64,000 nucleotides of DNA from Salpingoeca rosetta (Eukaryota > Protista > Choanoflagellata): positions 1,610,138 through 1,674,137 of the forward strand of contig JAWQFM010000001.1 of assembly GCA_033442325.1 (NCBI GenBank), in the 5' to 3' direction. Shown here in pieces: positions 14,373 through 29,250 of the stretch (position 1 is its first letter; every line of letters starts with the position of its first letter). The notes under the pieces were generated by a model. That model worked only from the letters and a program-made list of their open reading frames with translations, ran no database searches and was not told the origin of the DNA. A program made the position numbers and the translations under genes.

Positions 14373-17300
14373 TGTGTGTGTGAGTGTGTGTGTGGGAGGG
14401 TTTGTGTGTGTGTGTGTGTGTGTGTGTGTTGAATCTATTGCTTCGTCGACGCGTGCGCTCCATCTAATTATCCCCTTCGCCTGCGCTCACCTCTCGGACA
14501 GGAATCGAGCAAGGCTGGCGACAATGAAGAAGAGGGTCAAGAGGATGAGGAAGACGATGGTGATGATGAGGATGAGGATGACGAGGAGGATGACGACGAA
14601 GGTGCAGACGAAGATGAGAAGGTGAAGGAAGAGCAAGATGACCTGCACAAAGGCTACGTGTGGCCAGACCGCGAGACGCGCAACGTTGAAATCCGCCGCA
14701 AGATTGTACGTGAGCCTTGTTTGCATTTGCGTACATCAGTCGCTCGCTCAAACAGCAACTATGAGGCACACCATCATATCGTTGGCTGTGCCTGCTGCTT
14801 TTGTTCCTGTGCACGCAACACGTCAATTTGTGTGCACAAACGTAACATGAGCACGACCTCACCTACACAAGACGTCACGCACTCGCACATGCACACGCAA
14901 TCGCACATAACTCACACAACTCACTCACACACACGCACACACAATTCAAACTCACACCACACACTCACACACCTCTTCTTGCACTCTCAACACGCACTCG
15001 CTTACTCACTCACACCCACTCTCTCACACGTGGCACCAACATCAGGCCCAGGATCAGCCGAAGCGCATCCACTACCTGGTTGAAGAGACGGAGCTGTTTG
15101 ATCACCTTGTTGACCTTGAAAGCGTGCGCCGCGTTGACCCCCGCGGCAAGAAGCGCCGCCCCGGTGCCGGTGCCGCTTCCAGCGGCGGAGGTGCCTCGCG
15201 ACGCCATCGCAAGACCGAGAAGGAGGAGGACGAAGAACTTCTCAAGGAGTGCGTGTGTATGTTGTGTTTGTGCGTGCGTGTATATGTGTGTTAATGTCAT
15301 CACCATGCGTGTGTGTTTGCCGTGGCATTGTCCATCCGCTTTCTGTCGTGCTCTTGTGCGCGGTGAGTCACACGTGTTTCTTGCTCTTGACACGCAAACA
15401 GGGAGGCCGAGGTTGAAGACGACCACGTCCACTTCACTGAGTCGCCCAACTGTGCGTTTGTTTGCATTGCACACAGGTGTTTTTTTTTTTTTTTGGGTGT
15501 CCTCGCGCCCACATGTGTTTCAGACACCGCGAACACCACTGACGCTGTCATGACATGCTTGGGTTCCCTCCATGCCCGCATGCTCACACGCGCACTGACA
15601 CGCACACGTACGCTCACACGCGTACTCACACGCGTACACACTGGCACGTACACACGCGCACTGACACGCGCGTCCACACTGACACACATACACATACACA
15701 TATGTGTATCACATTGCAGACATTGCTGGTGGCAAAATGCGTGATTACCAGCTGCGCGGCCTCAACTGGCTCATTGGTCTGCACGCCAACTCTGTCGGCG
15801 GCATCCTCGCTGATGAAATGGTTCGTCAGCACTGGCTCACACAAATACAGCGCTGGCTGAGCTGGGTGCACAGACACAGTTGGAGAGAGAGAGTGTGTGT
15901 GTGTGTGAACTTTCACGCGCGAACAACCACACAAACACAAACACAAACACAAACACCCAAACACATGCACACACACACACCTCGCGCATTTGCTCACGCA
16001 TGCCTTCTTGCCGTTGGTCGACATGTTGTGTGTGGCCTTGCAGGGTCTCGGCAAGACGCTGCAGACCATTTCGCTGCTTGGATACCTGAAGAACTTCCGG
16101 CGAATGGATGGCCCCTTCCTGCTGCTCGTGCCAAAGAGCACGCTCAAGAACTGGATGCGCGAGCTGGCAAAGTGGTGCCCAACCCTCAAGGCGGTGTGCC
16201 TGACGGGCAGCAAGGAGGAGCGCCCCAAGATCATTGAGGAGCAGATTATGCCCGGGCAGTGGGACTGCGTGGTCACCTCGTACGAGATTTGCGTCATTGA
16301 GAAGTCGGCGCTGAAGAAGTTTGTGTGGGAGTATATTGTGATTGACGAGGCGCACCGCATCAAGAACGAGAAGAGCAAGCTGTCGCTCATTGCGCGCGAG
16401 ATTGAGAGCCGCAACCGCCTGCTCATCACGGGCACGCCGCTGCAGAACAACCTGCACGAGCTCTGGGCCCTGCTCAACTTTCTCCTGCCAGACATTTTCC
16501 AGTCGTCGGAGGAGTTTGACAAGTACTTCCACGCAGAGAACCTGCAGCAGGAGAGCATGGTGCACAAGCTGCACTCGGTGCTCAAGCCGTTTCTGCTGCG
16601 CCGCCTGAAGAAGGAGGTGGAGAAGAGCCTGCCGCCCAAGAAGGAGATTAAGGTGTACGTCGGCATGAGCAAGATGCAGCGCGACTGGTACAAGAACATC
16701 CTCATGAAGGACATTGACACCATCAACGGCGCCGGACGCGTGGAGAAGATGCGTCTCCTCAACATTCTCATGCAGCTGCGCAAGTGCTGCAACCACCCGT
16801 ATCTTTTTGACGGCGCAGAGCCGGGCCCGCCCTTCACCACGGACCAGCACCTGGTCGACAACTCTGGCAAGCTGGTTGTACTTGACAAGCTGCTGACCAA
16901 GCTCAAGGCACAGGGCTCGCGCGTGCTCATCTTCTCGCAGATGACGCGTATGCTGGACATCCTTGAGGACTACTCCTGGTGGCGCGGGCACAAGTACTGC
17001 CGCCTGGACGGCTCCACTGCCCACGAGATTCGCGGCGAGATGATTGATGACTTCAACAGGCCAAACAGCGACAAGTTCATGTTCCTCCTCAGCACCCGTG
17101 CCGGTGGTCTTGGCATCAACCTCTACACGGCAGACGTCGTCATCATCTACGACAGGTGTGTGTGTGTGTGTGTGGGTGTGTGTGTGGGTGTGGGTGTGGG
17201 TGGATGGGTGTGTGGGTGTGGGTGGATGGGTGTGTGTGTGTGCCTGGGTGTGTCTTGGTGTGTGGGTGTGTGGGTGGGTCTGCGTGGGTCTGCGTCTGCG

Positions 17301-20300
17301 CGCTCGTTTGTCTGTGTTTGTGTCTGTGGATTTGTCTGTCTGTTGGTCCATCTTTGTGAACCTGCCTGCCTGTGTGCTTGCTCCTTTTCGCCCCCCCCCT
17401 CCTTGACCTTCCTTCCACCTTCCATCGTATTCTCTCGTGGCGTGCAGTGATTTCAACCCCCAGATGGATCTCCAAGCTCAGGATCGCGCGCATCGCATCG
17501 GCCAAACCAAAGAGGTGCGTGCGCCCATGTCCGCGCTGTGCACGTGGACCACACACGTGGTTTCTCGCACCACCGGTCAACTACGGAGCTTCTTGCCGTC
17601 CGTTTATTTGTGCCATGACACACACGCATGCACACACACACACACATACACACACACACACACACACACAGCGCTTGTTATCCCGCCAGCATCCCTGCAA
17701 TCAAATGTCGCACTCACTCACATATTTTTCGATTCTGGACGTGCTGTGACGTGGCGTGATAGGTTCGCGTGTTCCGGTTCATCACGGAGAAGACGGTTGA
17801 GGAGCGCATCGTTGAGCGGGCAGAGATGAAGCTTCGCCTCGACGCCGTAGTCATCCAGCAAGGGCGCCTCAGCGACAAGCAGAAGCAGCTCTCCTCTGGC
17901 GACATGCTCAACATGATCCAGTTTGGTGCCGACCACATCTTCCGCACGACAGAAGGTCCGCCCATGTGTGTGTGTGTGTGCGTGTGCATGTGTGTGTATG
18001 TCTATGTGTGCGTGTTCATGTGTGTGTCTATGTGTGCGCGTGTGTATGTGTGTGTGTGTGGTGATGTGATGGTTGTGTCAGTGAGTGCGCGCGCGGTGGC
18101 GTGGTGATGGCACATGGTGTCGAGTGAACCTGCTGAAACATCAAGTCTGATGTGCTCACGTGCTTGCCTGCATACCGACTCGCCTTGATCTTGCGGCATC
18201 CTCCAGCGACGGTGACGGACGAGGACATTGACGCCATCCTGAGTCGTGGTGAAACAAAGACGGAGGAGTTCAACAAGAAGCTTGAGGCCATGGGCGAATC
18301 CAACTTGCTCAAGGAATTCACCTTTGACACCCAATCATCGTACGTCCATCGATCGTCTTGTTCATGACTCTTCTCTCGTCGCATGCGCTGCTATCTCGTC
18401 AACCCAACACACCCACTTACTCATACATACTTACACACACTCACACACTCTCTCACACTTACACGCATGCATGCACACACACACTCTCTCTCACACACTT
18501 GCACGCATGCATGCACACACACACTCACACACACACACACCTACACGCATGCATTCACACATTCTGCTCGTTTCCCGCACACCTTGCTTCACGGCGCCCA
18601 CTGGCGCTTGTGCACGGCCGGCAGGAGCATCCTGGAGTTTGAGGGCGAGGACTACCGCAAGAAGCGGGAGCGGAAGAAGCCCATGCGCTGGATTGAACCG
18701 CCAAAGCGCGAGCGCCGCCAGGCCATCAACGTCAACAAGTACTTCAGCGAGCTGCTTGGCACCAGCAACACCACAAAGGCGCCGAAGGTGGGGCTCCTTC
18801 TTTTTAATTCTTCGCTGCCGCTAATGCTCTGCTTGATTGTGTGCACTGCTGCTCACGTATACACATGACGTCGGGCGTGGCGCACACAACAACCACTCTC
18901 ACCCCTCCTGCGTCGACGCATTCAACACCCCCTCACCCCGTCTCCAAATGCGCGTGTCCGTGGTCACAGGCGCCCAAGCCGCCAAAGCAGCCCAAGATTG
19001 AGGAGTTTCAGTTCTACCCGGCGCGCCTAACAGAGCTGCTGCAGCGTGAGGTTTACGCATATCGCAAGGCTGTCGGCTACAAGGTGTGTGTGTGGGGGGG
19101 GGGTGGGGTGTGTGTGAGACAACGAGTGTGTGCGTTGTTTGTGTGCGTTGTGTGTGTGTGTGCATCGCCTCCAACGATTCGAGCACGCAACAATGCACTG
19201 ATAACACACACACACACCCTTCTGTCGCGTGTGTGCATTGATATGGTGCTGGTGCGCAGGTGCCAAAGAAGCCTGTTGAAGGTGTGTGGACAGACGAGCA
19301 AGAGGAAGAGCGGCAGAAGGAGCAGGCGCTCGTCGACACGGCCGAGCCTCTCACTGAGGCCGAACTGGTGCGTGCATGCGTGTGGTTGTGTGTGTGTGTC
19401 TGCGTGTGTGTGCGTGTGATGAACACATTGCAACACATCAAGGACGCATGTCGACAGCACACCAACGACACATTGCTCACATGCTGCACTCGTCTTTGCC
19501 GGCTTGTGGCAATGGCTGGTAGGAGGAAAAGGAGAAGCTGTTGCAGCAGGGCTTCAAGTCTTGGCAGAAACGTGATTTCCAGCAGTTTGTCAAGGCCAAC
19601 GAGCGCTGGGGCCGCGACAACATTGAGAAGATTGCACAGGAGGTGAGTCGATGCGCACCGCGCTGTCGTGGCTGTGCATTTGGTTAGGTTGGCTGGTTGG
19701 CTGGTTGGTTGGTGGGTTGGTGGGTTGGCGGGTTGGTGGGCTGTTTGTCTCTGTTTGTGTGTGTTTGTGCCATCTGACTCTAACACGTCTGCTGTTTGTG
19801 CGAGCCACAGATTGATTCCAAGACCTTTGAGGAAGTGCAAGAATATGCCAAGGTGTTCTGGAAAAAGTACAAGACCCTCTCCAATGCGGACCAGATTATG
19901 GGTGTGTGAGTGTTGTGCATCGTAGCAAGTGCCGCTGTTGCCTACGTTGTGTGCGCTCCAACGCCAATTGCACATGCCTGTTTGTTGCCTTTGTTTCGGC
20001 GTACGCGTCGTAACACCCTAACTCTTCAACACACACACACACACACTTACACACACTTACACACACACACACACTCTCTCTCTCTCTCACACACACACAC
20101 ACGCAGCTCAAATTGAGCGTGGTGAGAGCAAGATCCAGCGCCGCCTTGAGGTGCAGGAGTACCTTGACCGCAAGGTTGCCCAGTACAAGCTGCCTCTGCA
20201 GCAGTTGCATCTGCACTACGGCGGCAGCCGCGGCAAGAACTTCACCGAGGAGGAGGACCGCTTCTTGGTGCGTGCACACATGCATGCTCGCGTGCTGTTG

Positions 20301-21195
20301 TGGGTCTTGTTTAATGTCACTTCTGCTGCGTTGTCGTGTCTGTGTGTGTTTGTTGCTGATGTGTCGTTGCTGCTGCGCGTGTACGTGTGTACGTGTGTAC
20401 GTGTGTACGTGTCCGTGTGCATATGTGTTTGTTTGTGATGTTACGTTCGTTTCGTGCAGATTGTGTGTCGTGCTCTGATCCATTTGATTGTTTGTTTGTT
20501 GGTTGGTTTCGTTCTTTGCAGGTGTGCGGTCTTCAGCGCATCGGCTTTGATGCAGACAACGTGTATGAGGAGCTTCGTCGCCAGGTGTGGCCCTCTCTGC
20601 CACACGTACCACTGCAATTGCGTGCATGTTGTGTGTGTGTGTGTGCGTGTGTGTGTTTGTGTTTGGCGTGTCCTCCTGAGATTTCCTCACACACACACAC
20701 ACACACACACACGCACGCACACACACACACACACACACACCGCAGATCCGGGCTGCGCCTCAGTTCCGGTTTGACTGGTTCATCAAGTCGCGGACGGCCA
20801 CGGAGCTGCAGCGGCGGTGCAACACGCTCATCTCGCTCATTGAGAAGGAGCTCAAGGACGCCGACGCCAAGGCAAAGAAGGACCGCAAGAAAAAGGTTGG
20901 CTGCCCGCTTTTGTTTGAAGCGAGAACGAGCAAAGGATGAGGGAAGCGGGATGGGCTGGAGAAAGGTTCGCTCGTGCAATGTATTCGTGAGGAGGGGCGG
21001 TGCTCGTACACATGTGCACAGACAGCCTTCTTTTTGCTCCCGTGTACCTTATCCGCCCACGTTCCCGCGACACAAATGCCATGCAATGCAAATCCAACAC
21101 GTTCATTTGTGATGTATCATTTTTCGCATCGACAGCAGGGCAAGCGCAAGTCAGAGGCTTCGTCGTCCAGCAAGAAGTCGAAGAAGTCCAAGTAG
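13958..21195 (+). CDS. ISWI: ISWI/SNF2H chromatin-remodelling ATPase (SMARCA5/SMARCA1 family)
   Basis: [33 protein letters not shown] box, [47 protein letters not shown] exons ([39 protein letters not shown]). Confidence 0.98.
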
Positions 21196-21708
21196 ATGGC
21201 TGCTCGCGTTTGTGGGTCCACAACAACGACTGCTGTGCCCACCCTTACCCCTTTGGCTGCTGCTTCTGCTGCTGCTGCTGCTTTTCTTTCCTCCCATGCT
21301 CATCTGTCTTTATGTGTGTGTGTGTGTGTGTGTGTGTGTACATCACACATGATGAGTCCATTGTTGGTTTTGCTTTTTGTCCCCTTTTTGTTGTGGCTGG
21401 AGTGCGTGTGTGTGTACTTGCTGACACACACGTGCTTGTCGCATGTTGGTTTGTGTTGCTTGCTTTACTCTCGCTTGTGGTTTTGGGTTTGTGGTTGTTG
21501 TTCTCTTGCACGCGAGCGTGCTGTCCAGGCTTGGTTGTTGAAGTGCACATGTGTGGGATTCTTGCGTGTGCGCGTGTTTGTTGGTGTCAGTGCTGCTTGT
21601 TAATGTTGTCATGCATGAAAGTAGACAAACAACGATGACCGTGCGTGCATGTGGTCATGTGTGTGGATGGGTGTGAGGGTGTGGCGAGGAAGAGGACGTA
21701 CATGTCAG

Positions 21709-21866
<158 letters not shown>

Positions 21867-22024
21867 ACCAAACTGCCAGTAAGTGAGAAATTTTACTACG
21901 TGAAAGCGAATCGTCGTCACTTCAACTGCAACGACAACGAGCGAGAAGCAACTGTCAAACACACAAACACTCCGTCTCCCTCCTCTCGCTTGCTTGTCTG
22001 TCTGTTGTGTTGACGCCGCCAACC

Positions 22025-23047
22025 ATGGCTGATGGCAGTGGGCTCAGCGAGTGGCACCCGGACCAGGAGAAGCTTGCATACGTGTACAACTTGTTGGCAG
22101 ACTCGCAGAACCCGGAGCGGCAAGAGGCTGCCAAACATGTGCGTGTGGCGTGTGACAATGAGTGTCTGTTTATCATGTTGATGTGTGTCATGTGCATGGA
22201 TGTGTGTGCATGGATGTGTGTGCATGGATGTGTGTGCATGTATGTGTGTGCATGTGTGTGTGCCTCTGTCTGTGTCTGTACACATGTGTATGTGTGCACA
22301 TCATGCGTCGGTGTCTGTGTCTGTGCCTGTGACAGTGTATTTACTTCAGCCGTGGGCGTGCTGGGTATCAGCTTCCTTTCTGACATGCTTTGGTTCTGCT
22401 GTGCTTGTTGCCTCTGGCAGGACCTGGAAAACCTGTGTGAATCGCCAGAGTTCTCCGTGTACCTGGCATACATCTTCACATCCTCCGAAGAGGGTGGGTC
22501 AAGGGTGTGAATGTCAGGGTGCAAGTGCAGGGCTTCATCTGCACCTGGTGTTCCTTGTGTGATCAGGAGTAGCGCACGCCACGGCGCTGTTGACTTGTGG
22601 TGGTGTGCTCAAGGCCCCGTGCTCTGTCTGACTTGTTGAATGGTGCTGGTGTGAGTCTCGCGTCACCGTAGGATGCTGTTCTTGACACGCTCATCATGCC
22701 GTCTTCTGTGCTTGTTGTGGCCCTACTTGTACCCATCCCGAATGCAGTGGACACAGCGGTTCGGGCAAGCGCCGGCTTGTTGCTCAAGAACAACATCCTG
22801 AGGCGAGCAGAGACTGTAGATGCGAGCGTTGTGGAGCTGCTCAAGGAGTCCATCTTTCAGGCCCTTCTCAGTGAATCCCACCTCATCCGCACAACAGCCA
22901 GCATCATGATTGCTGCCATCGCTGTCAAGACGGGTGTCACACACTGGCCACAGCTCCTGCCCGCGCTCTTCCAGCTCATTGATTCAAACAACCCAGCAGC
23001 CCTGGACGTAAGTGTGCCCGGTTGTACGTGCTGTATGCTGCTTGTGC

Positions 23048-23082
<35 letters not shown>

Positions 23083-23797
23083 GTGCGTATGTTATCTGTG
23101 TGTGTGTGTGCGTGTCGTGCGTATGTTGTGTGTCTGTGTGTCTGTGGCCGTGTCTGTGGCCGTGACTGTGGCCGTGTGCATCTGCGTCTGCGCGCGCTGT
23201 GTGACTGCGTACTCGTGATCTGTTCAACTCTGTAACGATGCTGACGCTATGCATGGCGCGTCTGCACAGGGTGCTTTCACGGCACTGCGGCACGTCGTGG
23301 AAGACTGCCACCAAACCATGACAGACAAGAGCGGCAAGGAGGCTGCAACGAGCATCATCACAAAGGCCATGCACTTCTTTCAGCACGACGAAGAGCGTAT
23401 CCGGTGCGCCCCCTCAGCTGTCACTGTTGACTTGTTTGAGTGCCGTGTATGTGTGTGCGTGGGGGATTGTGTGGGTTTGTGTGCATGCACGCGGTTGTGG
23501 GACCTTAGAACCAGCGTGTAAGCTCTTCTGTATGGGTGGTGTGCCATGACACTCTCTCACTTTGTCTGGCTGTGTGTATGCGCTTGTGCGTGTGTGTGTT
23601 TGCGTGTGTGTGTTGATGTGGTAGTGCTGCGGCGTTACAAATATGCAATCAGTTTATCATCAGTCCGTGCACCAGCCTGCTGGAGCTCCTTCCCACCTTC
23701 ATTCAGGTACAACCCGAACGTGCCGTGTGTGGTTATCGCATACAAGGAGCGTTGATGTTACCTTGGATACCAAGTCACACACTCACACACACACACA

Positions 23798-23875
<78 letters not shown>

Positions 23876-25791
23876 GTCTGTCTCTCTCTTTCTCTCTCTC
23901 TCTCTCTGTCTCTCTCTCTCTTTCTCTCTCTCTGTCTTGCACACACACACACATGTGTATGCGAGCAGGGCATCTTTGCGCTCGCTGCAGATACGGATCT
24001 GACGGTGCAGCGGCACGTGTGCGAGGCGCTGGTGATGCTATTTGAAGTGCGCCTGGACCATATCCTCCCACACGTCCTCCCACACATTGACGACATTGTG
24101 CAGGTGTTCGCACCTGCTGTATTGGAGATGCAAGGGATTTGGTGAATGTGTGTGTCTGTGTGTGTCTGTGTGAGTGGCCCTCCTTCCTCCTCCCTTGGCC
24201 GGTCTCATGTGACTGATGTGCCTTATTGGTGGTTGCCACCGTGTGCGCGTGCAGTACATTTTGATGTGTTGCCAAAGCGAGGACACGGCGCTGGCACAGG
24301 AGGCTTGCGAGTTCTGGATTGCCGTTGCCGATGCAACAGAGAACGACTTTGTGTCGGCACACCTCGACAAGATCCTGCCTGTGCTCTTGGACCGCATGTG
24401 CTACACAGAGGACGACATTGAGTGGCTCAAGGTTTGTAAGCCTGTCTGTCAACAAGAGAGCGGAGGTGAATGCTGTTGTTGATGTGGGTCTGTCTGTACT
24501 CATGGCCCCAAATACTATCATGCACACCGCCCCACCTCGTGCGTGCGCATGTGTGTGTGTGTGTGTGTGTGTATAGACGGAGATGCGTGACGATGCTGAT
24601 GAACAGGACCGCGAACAGGACATTCGCCCCCATCACCACAAGGTAGAGCGCCCACTTTGCTTGCATGCATGAGCGGCATTCTGTGTGTGCGTGTGCGTGT
24701 GTGCGTATGCATGTGCGTGTGTGTGTGTATGTGCGTGTTTGCGATGATGCCTCTGCGTGATGGCTTGGGGTTCACCGTTTTAACAACACATGTCATGGTG
24801 TCGGGTGCAGACAAAAGCGCACACACATGCACACAGCGACGTGCAGTCTGCTGTGAACGGCTTCAACGGAGCAACCGCGAGCGACGCAGAGGATGACGAT
24901 GATGACGATGACGATGATGACCCGTTTCTCGGCGGCGCAGAACAAGATGACCTGCAATGGGGACTCAGTGCGTCACATGCAATGGCAACCTGACCTTGTA
25001 CCCTGTGCATACATGTATCTGTGTGTGTGTGTGTTTGTTTGTTTGTGTGCATGTGTGTGTGTGTGTGTGGTGACGAGGGCGTTCGCCAACAACGCCTGCA
25101 ACGCATTCGCCTGTTGCTCACACACACATGCACACCACAACACAGGGAGGAGTGCTGCTGCCGGGCTTGACTTGCTGGCGAACCGCTACCATGACGCAAT
25201 CCTGCCCACAGTAGTGCCCCTGATTGAAAGTCTTTTTCAGTCCTCCGAGTGGCCGCGTGTGGAGTCGGGCATCCTGGCCCTCGGCGCCATCGCAGAAGGT
25301 GAAGGGCATGAAAACACGAACGTTCTTGCGCCTGTCTCTGTGTGTTGGGGGTGCATGTGTGCATGTGCATGCGTGTGTGTGTGCGTGTGTGTGTGTGTGT
25401 GTGTGTGCATGCGTGTGTGTGTGTGTGTGTGCGCGGGGGGGGGGGAATGGCTCACTTGCGAGCACCACGCATGTCATACATGCTCACGCCTGTGCATGCG
25501 TTGCTGTTGTATGCAGGCTGTATGTCTGGCCTCTCCGGATATCTGCCCACCCTCATCCCCTACCTCATTGATCTCCTTCAGAACGAGCAGGTACATATGA
25601 CCACGCGCGTGGTTGTGTGTTTGTGTGTTTTGTGAGACATGGCAGAGTGTCTTGTTGCTGTTGCTGGTTACGCCAAACAATGACCAGGCCACAGTGAACA
25701 CGCACACACATACACTCACACTCACACACACACATACACGCTCACTCCTGCGCGCGCGCACGCACACACACACACACACACACAAATGCGT

Positions 25792-25834
<43 letters not shown>

Positions 25835-26148
25835 GCCATGCTTCGCCGCCTCTGCCGCCGCGCGTTGTGCTGCAGCCGCTGATTCGCTCGATCACGTCGT
25901 GGACAATGAGTCGGTACTGCCGGTGGGTGGTGACCGACCCCGAGGGGCAGAAGCTGTTTGACGACACAGTTAAGGCGCTCCTGCACACCGTCAACGACAG
26001 GAACAAGCGCGTGCAGCAGGCGGCGTGCTCGGCGTTTGCGCAACTGGAGGAAGTGGCGGAGGACAGACTTGAGCCACACCTCCCTCTCATCATCGACACC
26101 CTCATGCACGCATACAAAACTTACCAGGTCCGTGATTTGCGTGCGCTG

Positions 26149-26218
<70 letters not shown>

Positions 26219-27378
26219 GTGTGTGTGTGTGCGGTGTGCGTGTGTGTGCGGTGTGCGTGTGTGTGCGTGAATGCATTCGCGTATTTGTGCGCATACTTTT
26301 TTTTTGCGCTTGTGCTTTGCACGCCGACATGACAACCGTTGAGACGCGAAACTCATTGGCGTGCCCCGTCACGTCATGCTGCTCATGTGCATCGCCCGCT
26401 GCCAATCAACAACAGCGAAAGAACATGGTGGTCTTGTACGATGCGATTGGCACGTTGGCAGACAGCGTTGGCCCGGCACTCGCTCATCCCGTAAGCGTCC
26501 GTGCTCAGCAGTGTGCAGTCTGTGTGTATGTGTCTGTGTTTGTGTGAATGTACCGTTGTGAACGTACCGTTGTGTGTACTGCTTGCCACGAATGATTCCA
26601 CGAGCTGGGGTTGTTGTGCCCTCCTCATGCATGTGTGATTGTGTGCATGTGTCCATGCAGGAGCTGGTGGAGCGACTGATGCCGCCACTGCTTGAACGGT
26701 ATTCGCACCTCGCGGACGACGACACCGAACTGTTCGCGCTTCTCGAGGTCAGACACAATCGCACGTGGCACTGGGCGTGTTGGAGTGCACGTGTTGAAGC
26801 CAACAATGTTTCTCGCTTTGTTGCCCCCCCCCCGGCCATTCTCATCTGTGCGCGCCTCTTCTTCGTTTCCCTCCACCTGTCTGTTCGTCCCGCCCCCCAC
26901 CTGCTTTGTGTCCCTGTGTGTCTGTCGTGTTGTTTGTGTCCGCTCTCACGAAATCGTGTACTCTTGGCCCTTCACCAGTGCCTGACTGCTGTTGCTGGCG
27001 CGCTCGGAGAGGCGTATCACCCGTTTGCCCCAGACATCTTCCAGCACTGTGTCAAGCTCACACAACAGACGCTCGAGCAAGCACAGGTTGGGCATGCATG
27101 AACATTCGTGTGGGCCGTCATGCTGCTCGCTAGTGGCCAGTGATGTGTGTGTGCGTGTGCGTATGCGTATGCGTGCGTGCGTGCATGCGTGTGTGTGTGT
27201 GTGCGTATGCGTATGCATTTGCGTGCGTGTGTGTGTGTGTATCCGTGTGTGTGTGTCCATGTGTCTGTTCATGCTTGTTTATTTGCATGTGCACTCCAAA
27301 CACCAGTTTGCCCACCAGGACCCGAGCATTGATTATCCAAACCCAGACTTTTGTGTCGTCCCTGTCGATCACATCAGT

Positions 27379-27464
<86 letters not shown>

Positions 27465-27822
27465 CGTGCGCGCGCGCGCGCTTCTGCCGTTGTGAGTTGT
27501 TCTTGGACATTGCATGGGGGATTTCTGTGCTTCCCACGACTTTGCTGCTGAATGACGATGTGCACCCCACCCCCCACCTCGTTCAGCCATGGTTGAGGCG
27601 CTTCAGGAGCACATGGGCCCTTTGATCCAGCAGTCAAACCTCCTGGCGTTGCTCGAAGTGGCAATGACGGTACGTATGGACGTGCCTCACTTCTGCACGC
27701 TCGTGTGTGACATTGAAAGACGTGTACGAGTGGTGCACGGCGCGCTATCCGAAGTGTCACCGCTGTCGTCTTTCGTGGTGTTTGTGATGGTGCCCTCTTC
27801 ATACTGATGGCACACGCACACG

Positions 27823-27857
<35 letters not shown>

Positions 27858-29075
27858 GCACGCACGCACGCACGCGCACACACACACGCATATTTACACG
27901 CGTGTGCACACGTTGACGTGTTCGTGACCGCGCCTTGTGCTCCATGTGCGTGCGTGCGTGGGTATGTGTTTGCAGAACGACGTGCCTGATGTGCGGCAGA
28001 GTGCGTTTGCGCTGCTGGGTGATGTGAGCAAAGCGGCGTTCTGCCTTGTCCAGCCGCACCTAGACGACGTGTTTGCGCTCATGGCGCAGAACATGAACCC
28101 GGCCGAGGTTGCGGTCTGCAACAACGTCGTCTGGTGCATCGGAGAAATCGCCATGCAGCTCAGTACGATCACATCATGTGTTTTGTGTGCGTTTCTGTGT
28201 GTCTGTCTGTCTATGTCTGTACATGTCTGTGTGTGTGTGTGTGCGCGCGTGTGCTTTCTTGGCTCGCTTTGCTTGTCAATGACCATCGTCATAGGATGTG
28301 GGCTTGGTGAACGCTCACATTCCACAAACATGCACACACACGTACATCACACACACACCACCACCACCACCACCGCCGCCGCCGCCGCCGCCGCGTGCGC
28401 CCCTCCAACGCGGGCTTGTGTGAAACAGAGGGGCAGATACAGCCGCTGCTTGAGCGCCACGACATGTGCACGACGCTGATCCAGCTTATGACACGCCCAA
28501 TGACCGCCAAGACGCTGCTGGAAAACGTCGCCATCACAATTGGTCGCATCAGCATGTTCTGGCAGGATGCTCTGGCGCAGCACCTGAGCGAGTATCTGGC
28601 GCACTGGAGCATGGCACTGCGTGACATCACCGACAGCGAAGAGAAGGAGCACGCCTTCATGGGCATGTGTCATCTCGTGAAGCGCAACCCAAACGGCGCA
28701 CTTCGCGTGAGTGAACCTTTGTGTGTTTTTCTGTTAACGACAGGTGGTGAAGATAGAACACCCACATTGACCCGCACGCACACGCACGCACATTCGATCT
28801 CCTTTCCTCCCTCACATCCATACATCCATCCATACACACATCCTACACCCATCCATCCATCCATCCATTCACTTATGCACGTGCGTGCAGACGTTTATTT
28901 TCTTCTGCGACGCCATCAATTCCTTCCAGACTCCATCTGACGACCTCCTCCACACGTTTCACGACGTACGTGTCCATGCTCTTTCCCTTGCGAACAACAC
29001 ATGATGGCGTGTGTGTTGGTCTGTCAATCATCTGCACCTGTGAAGCGCTTTTGCGCGCGCTGTTCTCACCATGTT

Positions 29076-29157
<82 letters not shown>

Positions 29158-29250
29158 GTGTGTGTGTGTGCGCGACCTCTCCTCTCCCATGTGTTTGTGT
29201 GTCAGTTATTCGACGTGAACAGCAAAGTGAATGTCGCCATATCCAAGTAG
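22025..29250 (+). CDS. TNPO1: Transportin (karyopherin-beta2 / Kap104 family), multi-exon
   Basis: [29 protein letters not shown] with acidic H8 loop, [84 protein letters not shown]. Final exon uncertain. Confidence 0.95.
23800..23936. repeat. (CT)n microsatellite in a transportin intron
   Basis: Direct reading. Confidence 0.95.

Noticed and set aside
15626-17456. Long antisense ORFs (444 and 539 aa) over ISWI; similar ones over jumble, the PTP and the PH gene
   Set aside because: Antisense shadows expected from GC3-rich codon usage; no recognisable domains.
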